From: Spirochaetia bacterium | GTDB taxonomy: Bacteria > Spirochaetota > Spirochaetia > SZUA-6 > Bin103 | Assembly: GCA_965199955.1 (NCBI GenBank) | Contig: CBDATQ010000002.1 | Span: 1,536,001-1,600,000 of the forward strand | Length of the DNA: 64,000 nucleotides | Direction: 5' to 3' | Made by a program: the position numbers and the translations under genes | Shown here: positions 29,093 through 39,325 of the stretch, in pieces | Layout of the letters: the number at the start of each line of letters is the position of its first letter | How positions within the stretch are numbered: the first letter of the stretch is position 1 | Notes under the pieces: generated by a model | Databases searched by the model: none | What the model saw: only the letters and a program-made list of their open reading frames with translations | What the model was told of the DNA's origin: nothing

Positions 29093-30239
29093 ATGGCAGA
29101 TGCATCGACCGCGACCGACCACAGGACGCCCGGCTACGAGCGCTGGCCCGAGCAGCGGCGCATCAACTCGTGCGAGTGCCGGGATTTCCGCGTCAACCAA
29201 CTGGGAAGCTGCAAGCACGTCGAAGGGGTCGTCCGCCGTCTGACGGCGGGGCGGAGGCCGCTTGCGCGCCGCGGCACGGCCAGCGGCCGCATCGAGGTCT
29301 TCCTGGACGAGCGCGGCGGGCGCGCCCTTCGCATGGACACGCCGCCACCGATCAGGCTACTCCAGAACAGCCTTCGTGCAGGATGCCGAACGGCTCTACG
29401 CCAACCTGCGCCGGGGCTCGCAGCGGGCGCTTCAGGCCCTGGAAGAGCTGGCCGGCTCCAACCAGGACTGCCTGCGCGTCTCGCGCCGGCTGCAGAGCTG
29501 GGTTGCCTCGTGGCGGGCGGGCCGGCGCCGGCAGCGCGAGCATGACCGCCTCAAGGCGACTCTGACCGACGGCATTTCGGACTCGACCCTGCTCAAGCAG
29601 CCGTTGCTGCCGTATCAGGTCGACGGCGTGCTTCACTTGGCGTTTCGGGAACGCGCTCTGCTCGCCGACGACATGGGCCTCGGTAAAACCGTGCAGGCAA
29701 TCGCGGCGTGCGCCCTGCTGCACAAGCTGCGTGGCATCGAGCGTGTGCTGGTGGTCTCGCCCGCGTCACTCAAATCGGAGTGGGAAGAACAGATCGCCCG
29801 CTTCTCCGAGTTGTCCGCATACGTGGTGTTCGGCGATCTCCTCGCGCGGCGCGCGGTGTACCGCAGTCGAACCTTCGGGAATCTCGCCGAGATCCGCATG
29901 CCCACGAGTCGCGCGGCGTTCATGGAGCGCGTGCAGGCGGTGCTCGGGACTGCCGGCGACGATGAGCAGCCCCCGCCGGGGCCGATCCACTTGGCGCGGT
30001 CGATCGGTTGCGTGACGATCTGATGATCCACCACGGGTGCGGCGTTGCAGCGGATCCTGGTCCGTGAGCGTGAAGGTGAGGGTGGCGAGGCGATACTGGT
30101 GGTGCTCGCGGTCCCGCCCGCCCGCGCCGCCGAGGAGGAGAGCCGCATCGCGCGGGCGGCCGGGATGCCGGTGAACGTGATTGATGCCGCAACCCATGAG
30201 TCTCCCGGACGACGGTGGAATCCGCGCATGGTAGCGTAG
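29093..30239 (+). pseudogene. SWIM zinc finger + SNF2 helicase remnant
   Basis: SD CAGGAGG; NSCECRDF..N.LGSCKH (SWIM); LPYQ..G, LADDMGLGKT; jumps near 29870 to a C-terminal-like segment, no DEAx box or helicase-C; frameshifts. Confidence 0.8.
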
Positions 30240-30249
30240 CGCCTCCCTG

Positions 30250-30960
30250 ATGACGTGGCGGCGAGGGGAGGAGATCGTCCTCCTCGATGTACTTACACTG
30301 GACAGCGTGCCGTACTTTGCGCTGCGCGCGTGGCCGCCCGGCCGGCAGATCCTCCACCGCGACGTCGGGGCCGGCAAGGTCGTGTTCGCCCGCTCCATGA
30401 CGGTCGTCCATGACCGGGATGACGAGGTGGCGCTGTATCAGGCCTGCGGCGGGCCCGTCATGGTCGTGGACACGGCGTGGGCCGTGGACGTGATGACCCG
30501 CGAGGGACTGGGCGGCCTCGCGAACGCCGAGTGGCCGTACCTCTCACGGACCTGGACAGACACCAACGTCCTGATGCTCACGGTGCCGGACACGTGGCAC
30601 AGCATCTGGCTGATGTGGGAGGCGCGGACCTGGGAGTTCCGGTGCTGGTACGTGAACCTGCAGACGCCGCTGACGAGGACGTCCCGTGGATTCGATACCT
30701 CGGACAAGGCGCTCGACGTGGTCATCGCCCCGAACGGCGAGCACCGGTGGAAGGACGAAGACCATCTGGAGCGCGCGGTCGACGTCGGCTGGATCTCCGC
30801 CGCCGCCGCGCAGCGGGTCAGAAGCGAGGGGGAGCGGGTGATCGAGCGTGCGTCGCGGCGGGAGTATCCCTTCGATGGGGAGCTGATCTCGTGGAGGCCC
30901 GATCCTGCGTGGCCGATCCCGGAGCTGCCGGACGACTGGGCCGCGATTGCAGGAGAGTAA
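30250..30960 (+). CDS. DUF402 domain protein
   Basis: WYVNLQTP..RT..GFDTSD..LDVV, WKDED, F.G....WRPDPAWPIPELP; start uncertain. Confidence 0.8.
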   Translation: MTWRRGEEIVLLDVLTLDSVPYFALRAWPPGRQILHRDVGAGKVVFARSMTVVHDRDDEVALYQACGGPVMVVDTAWAVDVMTREGLGGLANAEWPYLSRTWTDTNVLMLTVPDTWHSIWLMWEARTWEFRCWYVNLQTPLTRTSRGFDTSDKALDVVIAPNGEHRWKDEDHLERAVDVGWISAAAAQRVRSEGERVIERASRREYPFDGELISWRPDPAWPIPELPDDWAAIAGE

Positions 30961-30989
30961 CCGGCATCGTCTCCTGACCGCACGATTTG

Positions 30990-31184
30990 GCGAGACGGGG
31001 GTGCTCGACGGAGTGGGATCGAAAGTGGTCAGCGTGAACGCCAATGGCCTGGTGGAGGGTGGCCAGGAGGAGATACTGAACGCACTGGCAGCGCACCCGG
31101 ACGCGGAGAAAGATGAGAGAGCTGGTGAAGGACGATACGGACATGAACGAGATCGTTTCCCTGATCACCGGGGCGACCGAGTGA
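30990..31184 (+). pseudogene. Possible fused remnant of sugar ABC binding-protein and ATPase genes
   Basis: VVSVNANGLVEGGQEEILNALAAHPD, then in another frame RELVKDDTDMNEIVSLITGATE*. Confidence 0.35.
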
Positions 31185-31202
31185 ACCAGGCGACCGGGTG
31201 AA

Positions 31203-32246
31203 CTAAGCGACTGGCGCCGCCTCGGCCAGAATCCGCTCGGCTTTCTGCGCCTGCTCGGAGTCGGGGTGCATGGTGACGATCCGCTGCAGGTGCAGCCGTG
31301 CCAGCGGGTCCCCGCTGCGCGCCCGCTCGACCGCCTCGGAGAAGCCCTTCTCCTGGAAGCTGGTGTCCTTGTCGATCACCTCGAACTCGTACTCGCGCCA
31401 GTAGTAGCGCAGGTCCTCCGAGCCGCTCCAGCCGGCGTAGACCTGGTCCCACGACAGCGGCTGGTGGCCGGACAGGTGGGGGTCGAGCATGTGGTCGGTC
31501 ACCGGGGAGCCCATGCGCTGGTAGCGGTTGTCCAGCGACACGCGCAGCCGGTCCGGCGTCACGTTAGCCAGGGCGCCGTGGATGGTGAGGGCGTGGAAGA
31601 ACAGCACGTCCCCGAGCTGGTAGTCGGTGGACACCCAGCCGTCGGGGTGCTCCTCCGGGTCGATGCTGAGGCTGCCGGCGCCGAGCGAGAAGTGGTGATC
31701 GACCACCCGGCCGACGCGGTGCGAGCCCGGCAGCACGGCCAGGCCGCCCAGGTCGCGCGGGCAGTCGCCGACCGGGTGCCAGCAGGAGTACACGTCCATG
31801 CTGCTCTGGAAGTGGACGAAGTCCTGGTGGATGGGTGTCGTGTGCTCCGTGAACTGCGGGAACCAGATCCGCGCGATCTTGTGCGGAAACGCGAACACGG
31901 GTCCGTCGATGACCTTGCCCAGGACGTCCAGGACCTCCGGCCAGTGGCCGGCGCGGTGGAAGCTCTCCAGCAGGTAGACCTGGTGGTAGACGTCCACGTA
32001 GTCCAGGTCGCCCTCCGTGCAGCGCCTGTCGGGGTCGGCGATGCCGTCCATGGGGTCGGTGCCGGGCACCAGCCAGCCGTTCGCGGCGATGACTTCCATC
32101 ATGTCGCGTCGCAGCGCCGTCAGCCGATCCGGGTCGAGGAGGCCGCGGAAGAACAGGTAGCCCTCGTCGTCCATGCGCCGCCGCAGCTCAACCGCATCGG
32201 CCAGCGCGTCGTTGGAGGCACGAAACTCGCCAAAGCTCTCGATCAT
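31203..32246 (-). CDS. Phytanoyl-CoA dioxygenase (PhyH) family protein
   Basis: EGYLFFRGLL, HQD, VLPGSH, GDVLFFH.LTIH, RVSLD. Confidence 0.88.
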   Translation of the reverse strand: MIESFGEFRASNDALADAVELRRRMDDEGYLFFRGLLDPDRLTALRRDMMEVIAANGWLVPGTDPMDGIADPDRRCTEGDLDYVDVYHQVYLLESFHRAGHWPEVLDVLGKVIDGPVFAFPHKIARIWFPQFTEHTTPIHQDFVHFQSSMDVYSCWHPVGDCPRDLGGLAVLPGSHRVGRVVDHHFSLGAGSLSIDPEEHPDGWVSTDYQLGDVLFFHALTIHGALANVTPDRLRVSLDNRYQRMGSPVTDHMLDPHLSGHQPLSWDQVYAGWSGSEDLRYYWREYEFEVIDKDTSFQEKGFSEAVERARSGDPLARLHLQRIVTMHPDSEQAQKAERILAEAAPVA

Positions 32247-32582
32247 GGAGCCGATTATGCCACGACTCGTGCGCGGAGCCGAGGGGCTGGGAGATTGAGT
32301 CGCCCGGCGAGGATCGGGGCCGTCGCGGTACCGTTGAGGAGGACCAGCGCTACCATGGCGATCATCGAACCAGCAGCTCCGTCCAGCCGCGCCGCTCCTC
32401 CTTCGCTCGACCAGATCCGCCTGCGCCTGGCTGCGAACGCGCGCTCGAACTTGCGGAGCGGCTGATCGACCGCATCGATCAGCTCCGCGGTCAGGTCAGC
32501 CCGCCGCCCTGTGAAGATTCGACGGAACCGGACGACTCTTGACACGGGTCTGGTCGCTTCTACGCTATCGGGAGAGATCCCG

Positions 32583-33590
32583 ATGACGTACGGGTACGAG
32601 GAGCTCGGCAACGGCGTGGCGGTTCCGCGCGTGCGCATGGACCTGAGCGGCACGAACGGGCCGCGGGCCGGCAGGCAGATCAGGGACCGGATCTTCGAGA
32701 TCGTCGACCGGGAAGGGGCGTTGCTGTTCCGCGATGCCGGCATCGACGGCCCGGCCGGGTATGCCGGGTTCCTGGCGGCGATCGGCTTCCGCCACCACTC
32801 CTACGTGGGCGGCACGGCGCCGCGCACGGACCTCGGACGCGGCGTGTACACCGCGACCGACCTGCCTCCGGACACGACCGTGATGATCCACCAGGAGATG
32901 AGCTATCTGGACGATGTCCCCGACTACATCTCCTTCTACTGCCACGTTCCGCCCGGGAACGGCCAGAAAACGAACCTGATCGGCGACATGCGCCGGCTGT
33001 CCGCGGAGCTGCCGGATGAGCTCAGACGGAAGTATCACGGAAGGCGCGCCCGCCTGCGCCGCACGCTGCGCACCGAGGGGAGCGAGCGGGTCGTCTCCCG
33101 CAGGGAGCGCAGCTGGCAAGAGGTCCTGGGCACCGGCGACCGGAGGGAGGCGAAGGCCATCGCCGTGCGCAAGGGTTGGGATCTGACCTGGACCGCCGAC
33201 GATTCGCTGATCTTCCTGCAGGAGCCGGCGCGCTTCTTCCGGCCGCATACCGTGCACGGCGAGATGTGGTGCAGCCAGGGCCTTCACTACCAGCCGACGG
33301 GCCGGCGCCTGGTCGCCGAGCGCGACGGCAGGATGGGAGACGCCCTGCGGATCGCCGCGGCCATACGGGAGGAGCCGGGCAGCCTGGACGTCATGGTCAT
33401 GGAGGACGGCAGCGAAGTGCCGCCGGAGGACTGCGCGACCTGGTTCGAGCTCTGCTCGGCGGCGCAGGTCGCCTACGCGCTCGGCCGGGGCGAGATGATC
33501 ATCCTGGACAACATGCTCATGGCGCACGGCCGATCGACCTTCACGGGCACGCGCACGATGTACGCGGCCCTGGGCGACCGCGCGGATTGA
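32583..33590 (+). CDS. TauD/TfdA (SyrP-like) Fe(II)/2OG dioxygenase
   Basis: GALLFR, YVGGTAPR, HQEMSY...PDYISFYC, LDNMLMAHGR..F.G.R. Confidence 0.85.
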   Translation: MTYGYEELGNGVAVPRVRMDLSGTNGPRAGRQIRDRIFEIVDREGALLFRDAGIDGPAGYAGFLAAIGFRHHSYVGGTAPRTDLGRGVYTATDLPPDTTVMIHQEMSYLDDVPDYISFYCHVPPGNGQKTNLIGDMRRLSAELPDELRRKYHGRRARLRRTLRTEGSERVVSRRERSWQEVLGTGDRREAKAIAVRKGWDLTWTADDSLIFLQEPARFFRPHTVHGEMWCSQGLHYQPTGRRLVAERDGRMGDALRIAAAIREEPGSLDVMVMEDGSEVPPEDCATWFELCSAAQVAYALGRGEMIILDNMLMAHGRSTFTGTRTMYAALGDRAD

Positions 33591-33618
33591 CCGCAACCGG
33601 CAGCCGGCACCCCGGGCG

Positions 33619-34557
33619 CTACTCCGGCACCGCGATCGTCACCGAGGCGCTTGCCTCCTCTCCGTTCACGGCGTAGATCGAGTGATCGTTGGTCGAGAGC
33701 TTCACCTCGACGGTGCGCATGCCCGGGCTCAGTTCGGCGATGTGATACCACGGGCCGTACAGCCGGGCGATCTTTGCGCCGTCCAAGTACAGGTGGGCGT
33801 GGCCCTCTCCGATGACGTGGGCGCCACTGGCGCGCTCGGGAGCGAAGGTGAAGTTCTCGATCGATAGCGCCACGTTCCAGCCGGTCATCGCGTCGCGGTC
33901 GACGGAGATGCCTACCTTGGGCGCCGCCGTGCCGGCCGGTACCTCGAAGGCCGTCTCGTGATCGTGAGCTCCATGGTCGTGGGCGGCGGCGTCGTGCACC
34001 ATGCTGCCGCTGGCGTGCTCCACCCGAACCTCTTCGAGCAGGACGCCCCATGTCTTGCCGGGGTGATCGCGCAGATCGTGCACCACCAGGTCGAACGTGA
34101 CCTGTGTGACCCGGTCGGCCAGGACGCGCAGGTCCGCCCGAACCGGGGTCAGCTCCAGGGGGACGTCGACTCGGTCGCCGCCGTGGACGGTGCCGCGGGC
34201 GCCTGACGCCAGGACCTCCGCCGCATCGTAACGGCCCAACGGCACGTGCTCTCGTACGAGCTCGACGGTGGCGCCGTCCTTGTAGCGTGTCAGGTCGATC
34301 TCGCGCGGGTCGACCGTGATCGCCAGCCAGCCCTGGTCGGTGCGGGCGCCGCGGCGGTGCACGCGGACCCCGTCCACCGTGATCACCAACGCGGTGAAAT
34401 CGTCGATCGCCTCGCGATGGTCGGTGATCAGCACGACCACCTCGCCCGTTTCCACCTCGTCGGACCCGGAGGCTGAGGCCAGAGCCGCGCTCAGGACAAG
34501 CAGGCCGATCGCCAAGCGAGACCTGCCGCGAGGGCATACGCCAAGAACGTGGTTCAT
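33619..34557 (-). CDS. Secreted protein: DUF4382-like domain + His-rich linker + GHAHLY domain
   Basis: Signal peptide; VLITD....DF..L.ITV..V.VH...IDL; HDAAAHDHGAHDH; GWN....NFTFAPE...GEGHAHLYLDG.KIARLYG. Confidence 0.6.
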   Translation of the reverse strand: MNHVLGVCPRGRSRLAIGLLVLSAALASASGSDEVETGEVVVLITDHREAIDDFTALVITVDGVRVHRRGARTDQGWLAITVDPREIDLTRYKDGATVELVREHVPLGRYDAAEVLASGARGTVHGGDRVDVPLELTPVRADLRVLADRVTQVTFDLVVHDLRDHPGKTWGVLLEEVRVEHASGSMVHDAAAHDHGAHDHETAFEVPAGTAAPKVGISVDRDAMTGWNVALSIENFTFAPERASGAHVIGEGHAHLYLDGAKIARLYGPWYHIAELSPGMRTVEVKLSTNDHSIYAVNGEEASASVTIAVPE

Positions 34558-34633
34558 GGTGAGGTAGTGTGCCGGGATTCGCGACGCATGCGGTGGCAGC
34601 GTTCGGTCGACCGGAAAGTATAGACTTCCCGCC

Positions 34634-35485
34634 GTGGCATACACAAACGGCGCGTCGGCCGGGCCGATTCACGCGGGCGAGCGGTTCACGGAGGCCGAGA
34701 CGAAGCGGATCACGGAGGCGCTGAGTCGCGACGGGTACTGTTTCCTGGGGACGTCGATCCTGGAACAGGACGAGGTGGCGGCGCTCCGCGACGCCATGGA
34801 GCGCATGATCGCCGATCCCGCGATGCAGGAGGACCAGCCCGGCAACCATCGCAAGGCCAGGTCGCTGATGCGGATGTTCGAGTACGACCGCTCCTTCCGC
34901 GACCTGATCGTGCGCGAGCCGTTCGCCAGCCTGGCGGAGGCGGTGCTGGACGACCAGTGCCACGTCATGGGCCAGAACGCGCTGTTCACGGAGCCCAATC
35001 CCGACGCCACGGCCGACGGTCCGGGCGGCTGGCACCTCGACGACCTGGTGCAGTTCCCGCTGCCGCCGGAGATCCCCCGTCACGACCCCGGTGTGCCGCT
35101 GCCGTGCAATGTCATGCAGCTCTTCACGCCGCTGACCAGCATCGACTCGGTCGCGTGCGGGCCGACGCAGCTGGTGCCGCAGAGCCACTATGCGGGCCGC
35201 CGCCCGACGAACCAGGACCGCCCGCACTTCGACGGCAACGGGCCGGTGTCGATCCTGGCCGAGCCGGGCGACGCCTACATCTTCAACAACCAGGTCTGGC
35301 ACCGCGGCGCGCCCAACGCCTCGGACCGCTGCCGGCTGCTCGGCGGAGCCACCTACAGCAAGCGCTACGTCGCGCAGCGCTTCTACCCGTTCATCGACTA
35401 CCACATGCCCGAGTACGTGTGGGAGGGAGCGGACCCGCGGCTGCAGCGGATGCTCGGCCGCCACAAGCACGGCTCCTATGGCTGA
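34634..35485 (+). CDS. PhyH family dioxygenase
   Basis: RDGY, WHLD, GPTQLVPQSH, GD.YIFN.QVWHRG. Confidence 0.9.
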   Translation: MAYTNGASAGPIHAGERFTEAETKRITEALSRDGYCFLGTSILEQDEVAALRDAMERMIADPAMQEDQPGNHRKARSLMRMFEYDRSFRDLIVREPFASLAEAVLDDQCHVMGQNALFTEPNPDATADGPGGWHLDDLVQFPLPPEIPRHDPGVPLPCNVMQLFTPLTSIDSVACGPTQLVPQSHYAGRRPTNQDRPHFDGNGPVSILAEPGDAYIFNNQVWHRGAPNASDRCRLLGGATYSKRYVAQRFYPFIDYHMPEYVWEGADPRLQRMLGRHKHGSYG

Positions 35486-35525
35486 GCGCTCCGGGCAGCC
35501 GCTGATGCGACGATGAGATAAAGGC

Positions 35526-36479
35526 GTGCCTCCGCTCGCCGCCGGCATCGTCCTGTTCTCGACGATCCTGCACGCCGGCTGGAACCTGGTCGCCAAGCAG
35601 CGCAGCGACTCGTGGGCGACGTTCCTGCAGATACTGTTCACGATCAGCGTCCCGGCCGTCCTCATCGCTGCCTGGGCCGAACTGTTCATGAGGGGCATCC
35701 TGCCCCTGGTATGGCCGTTCCTGCTGGGGGCGAGCTGCTCGCAGGCGGTCTACTTCCTGGGGCTGACCCTGGGCTACCGCGCGGGCGACCTGGGGGTCGT
35801 ATACCCGGTGACGAGGGCGCTGCCGGTGCTGTTCCTGGGCGGGTTCGACCTGGTCCGGAACCTGTCGCCGAGCGTGATGGGGTGGATGGGGCTCGCCCTG
35901 GTCGCGGCGGGCTGCCTGATCATTTCGTCGGCCGGCAGTCCGCGCCGCGCAGGCGAGGCAGGCGTGCGGCGGCCCCGCATGCTGCATGCCACGATCGGCT
36001 GGGCGGTGGTCGGCGCCGCCGGCACCGTCGGCTACACGGCATTCGACAAGCTGGCAGCCGAGGCGCTGTTGCGCGCGTACGGCGGCGGGCTGATCGACGC
36101 CATCCGGTACGGCCTCTGGGAGTTCGTCCTCACGACCGTCCTGTACGCGCCCCTGCTGGTCGTGGCCATGCGGGCCAGTGCCCGCAGGCGCGCGAGGTCG
36201 GAGTCGGGCGCACCCGCGTCGTGGCGGTCATGGCGTGCGTTCTTCGGCGACTGGCGCCTCGCCGCGGTGGGCTTCAGCATGTTCGCGGCCTATTCGCTGG
36301 TGCTGTGGGCCTATCAGCTCTCGGAGCGCGCCAGCTACGTGGTGGCGTTGCGCCAGTTCAGCATCGTCCTGGGCGTGGTCGCCGCCGCGGTCCTGATGCG
36401 GGAACGGGCGCCGGCGGTGCGCATCGGCGCGGCGGTCGTGATCGTGGCCGGAATCGCCCTGGTGTCGGTAGCGCCGTAG
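35526..36479 (+). CDS. EamA/DMT family transporter
   Basis: HAGWN..AK, YRAGDL..VYP..R, YVVALRQFS; multiple TM segments. Confidence 0.88.
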   Translation: MPPLAAGIVLFSTILHAGWNLVAKQRSDSWATFLQILFTISVPAVLIAAWAELFMRGILPLVWPFLLGASCSQAVYFLGLTLGYRAGDLGVVYPVTRALPVLFLGGFDLVRNLSPSVMGWMGLALVAAGCLIISSAGSPRRAGEAGVRRPRMLHATIGWAVVGAAGTVGYTAFDKLAAEALLRAYGGGLIDAIRYGLWEFVLTTVLYAPLLVVAMRASARRRARSESGAPASWRSWRAFFGDWRLAAVGFSMFAAYSLVLWAYQLSERASYVVALRQFSIVLGVVAAAVLMRERAPAVRIGAAVVIVAGIALVSVAP

Positions 36480-36497
36480 CCGCGGGCGGTGCGCCGG

Positions 36498-37289
36498 TCA
36501 GCCGATCAGCAGCGACTCGGCGCCGTCGATCCACACCTCCGTGCCGGTGATGTGGCGGGCGTCGTCGGAGGCCAGGAACGCCACCAGGTTGCCGATCTGC
36601 GCGGGATCGCCGGCCTTGCCCCCGGTCAGCGGAATCGAGCCGCGCGGGAACTCGGAACGGCCCGGCCGCATCTCGATGCCGTCCACGTTGCGCGGGAAGG
36701 TGTTGTCGCCGATCTCGGACTCGAACCACCCGGGGCAGACGGCGTTGACCCGGATGCGCGCGGGCCCCAGCTCCACCGCCAGCTTCTTGGCGAAGGTGAC
36801 CTGCGCCGCCTTGGAGGCAGAGTACACCGACGATCCGGTGACGCTGAACATGCGCGTCCCCTGCACGGAAGAGCAGATCGCGATCGAGCCGCCGGCGCGC
36901 TTGAGGTGCGGAACCGCGTACTTGACGGTGAGGAACGTGCCCTTGAGATTGATGTCGATGGTGGCGTCCCACTCTTCCGGGGTAATCTCCTCGACCGGCG
37001 CCCACACGCCGTTGATGCCGGCGTTGGCGAACACGATGTCCAGCCGCCCGCAGGCGGAGACCAGCGCGTCGACCGCCGCCGCCATCTGATCGGCCTGGGA
37101 GACGTCCGCGGTCAGCGCGAGCGCCTGTCCTCCGTCCGCCTCGATCTCCGCCACGGTCTGCTCGATCTGGCTGGTCGTGCGGGAGAGCACGCCCACGCTC
37201 GCGCCCTCACGGGCCAGCTCCAGCGCGGCGGCCTTGCCGATACCGGAGCCGGCGCCGGTCACCAGCGCGGCCTGTCCTTCGAATTTCAT
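36498..37289 (-). CDS. SDR family oxidoreductase
   Basis: TGAGSGIG, ANAG, YSASK, IRVNAVCPG. Confidence 0.93.
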   Translation of the reverse strand: MKFEGQAALVTGAGSGIGKAAALELAREGASVGVLSRTTSQIEQTVAEIEADGGQALALTADVSQADQMAAAVDALVSACGRLDIVFANAGINGVWAPVEEITPEEWDATIDINLKGTFLTVKYAVPHLKRAGGSIAICSSVQGTRMFSVTGSSVYSASKAAQVTFAKKLAVELGPARIRVNAVCPGWFESEIGDNTFPRNVDGIEMRPGRSEFPRGSIPLTGGKAGDPAQIGNLVAFLASDDARHITGTEVWIDGAESLLIG

Positions 37290-37373
37290 CTCTCATCCTC
37301 CTGCGGCATCGGCGCCGCCTGCGAGGCAGCACGATACGCAGTCGGCTTCGATTCCGCTACGCTCCGGCCCAGC

Positions 37374-38894
37374 ATGAGACGCATCGCCATCGGGCAGGTC
37401 CGGCAGGAGACCAATTCCTTCAATCCCGTGCTCACCGAGCGCTCGCACTTCGAGGACTACGGACTGGTCACGGGCGCCGACGTCATCGAGCGCTACAGCG
37501 ACGTGGGCGAGCTGTCCGGGTTCACGGGGCTGCCGAAGATCCTCGGCAGCCCCGTGGAGTGGGTCGGCCTGTGCCGGGCCGTCACCTGGTCGGGCGGGCC
37601 TCTGGCCGCCGGGCTGCTGGCGGAGCTGATCGAGATGGCCGTGCAGCCGCTGCGTGCGGGTGCGGTCGACGGGGTGCTGCTCTCCCTGCACGGGGCGCAG
37701 TCGGCGGTCGACGACCCCGACGTGTCGGGCCGCGTGCTGGAGGCGATCCGCGCGGCGGTTGGCCCGGGTACGCCGCTGGTGGCGACCCTGGACCTGCACG
37801 CCAACCTGACGCCGCTGATGGTGCGCTCGGCCGACGTGCTGGTCGGCTACCACACTCATCCGCACGTCGACGAGGACACCACCGGCGCGCGCGCCGCCGC
37901 GGTGCTGGCGCGCCTCCTGGAAACCGCCGAGCGGCCGGCGGTGAGCGCCTGGAAGATGCCGATGGTGCACAACGGCGACGGCCGTTCCACCGACCGCGGC
38001 ATCCAGCGCGACCTGTGGCGCCGCATCGTGGCGGCCGAGGCGGCGGACGACGTCGCCTCCATGGGGCTGTATCCCGTGCAGCCGTGGCTCGACGCCCCGC
38101 ACCTGGGCTGGACCTTCTACCAGGCGTACTGGGGCGCCGAGCCGCCGATGGATCCGCAGGCGGTCGCGCGGGAGTGCTGGGCGACGCGCGCCTACTCGGA
38201 GGCGGAACGGTTCGTCACCCCCGACCGGCTGGTGGCGGCGGCGCGGGCTATCGACGGCGGGCCGGTGGCGGTGTCGGAGTTCCACGACTCCACCAACAGC
38301 GGCGCGCCCGGCGACAGCACGCGCCTGCTGGCGGCACTGCTGGACGAGCCCGTAGGCGAGGGGGGCGCGCTGGCCTTCTGCGTGGACCCGGAGTCGGTCG
38401 ACCGCTGCATGCGAGCCGGCGTCGGAGCCACGGTGGACCTCGAAGTGGGCGGCAAGCGTGACCCGTACTCGGAGCCGCTGGCGGTGAGCGCCGGGGTGGA
38501 GGTGCTGGGCACGCTGGCCTACCGGCTGAGCGGCCACGGCGGCCACAACTTCCCGGTCGACATGGGGCGCATGGCGCGCATCCGCGCCGGGGAGCTCACC
38601 GTCGTGCTGGTGGAGAAGAGCGGCCCCGGTAGCTCGCCGCTCCTCTACGAGGCGGCGGGCGCCGATCCGCGGGACTTCAAGATCGTGCTCGCGAAGAGCC
38701 CGGAGGGATTCCGCAACGACTACGAGCCGTTCGCCGCCGGCATCCTGTTCTGCGCCGCTCCCGGCTCCGCGTCACCGTACCTGCAGGAGTTCCGGTTCAC
38801 GCAGACCACCCGGCCGCTCTACCCATGGGACGACCTGACCGGCATGGAGCAGGCCGGTTGGGCCGGTCCCATGGACGGGCAGGGCAGGCCCTGA
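37374..38894 (+). CDS. M81 family metallopeptidase (MlrC-like)
   Basis: QETNSF, LSLHGA, TLDLHAN, YHTHPHVD, GAPGDST. Confidence 0.9.
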   Translation: MRRIAIGQVRQETNSFNPVLTERSHFEDYGLVTGADVIERYSDVGELSGFTGLPKILGSPVEWVGLCRAVTWSGGPLAAGLLAELIEMAVQPLRAGAVDGVLLSLHGAQSAVDDPDVSGRVLEAIRAAVGPGTPLVATLDLHANLTPLMVRSADVLVGYHTHPHVDEDTTGARAAAVLARLLETAERPAVSAWKMPMVHNGDGRSTDRGIQRDLWRRIVAAEAADDVASMGLYPVQPWLDAPHLGWTFYQAYWGAEPPMDPQAVARECWATRAYSEAERFVTPDRLVAAARAIDGGPVAVSEFHDSTNSGAPGDSTRLLAALLDEPVGEGGALAFCVDPESVDRCMRAGVGATVDLEVGGKRDPYSEPLAVSAGVEVLGTLAYRLSGHGGHNFPVDMGRMARIRAGELTVVLVEKSGPGSSPLLYEAAGADPRDFKIVLAKSPEGFRNDYEPFAAGILFCAAPGSASPYLQEFRFTQTTRPLYPWDDLTGMEQAGWAGPMDGQGRP

Positions 38895-38966
38895 TCGAGC
38901 TCTGACAGCCGCCATGCGCCTGCTCATCAGGCCGCGAGTGCGCCGGCAAGACCACGCTCCGAATCG

Positions 38967-39325
38967 TCAGGCGAGCTGGAGGACGCGCCAGCGGTCGTAG
39001 TAGGGGAGCAGGATCTCGGGCAGGTTGGCGCGGACGTCGTCGCGCAGCCGCCAGCGCAGGCGCTCGTCGACCGGTTGCGGCTCAGCATCCGGATCATGCA
39101 CGCTGCTTGCCCAGCACCGCCATCTCGGCGTCGTAGTCCAGGTCGCGCTCCTGCTTGCCCCAGTCTCGATGCCAGCCGATCGAGTAGTGGGAGTGGTAGG
39201 GATTGGTGAAGATCAGAATCGACCCCATGGTCAGGTGGGTGCCGATGAAGTGCTCGTCGAACATGCCGGGCTCGACGGCGTCATCGGCGATAAAGTAGCC
39301 GTCGGTCTCGAACTGCTCGGCCCCA
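38967..39325 (-). pseudogene. PhyH family dioxygenase remnant with internal deletions
   Basis: EQFETDGYFIADDAVEPGM joined to IFTNP....SIGWHRDWG, then out-of-frame tail VRANLPEILLPYYDRW*. Confidence 0.6.
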
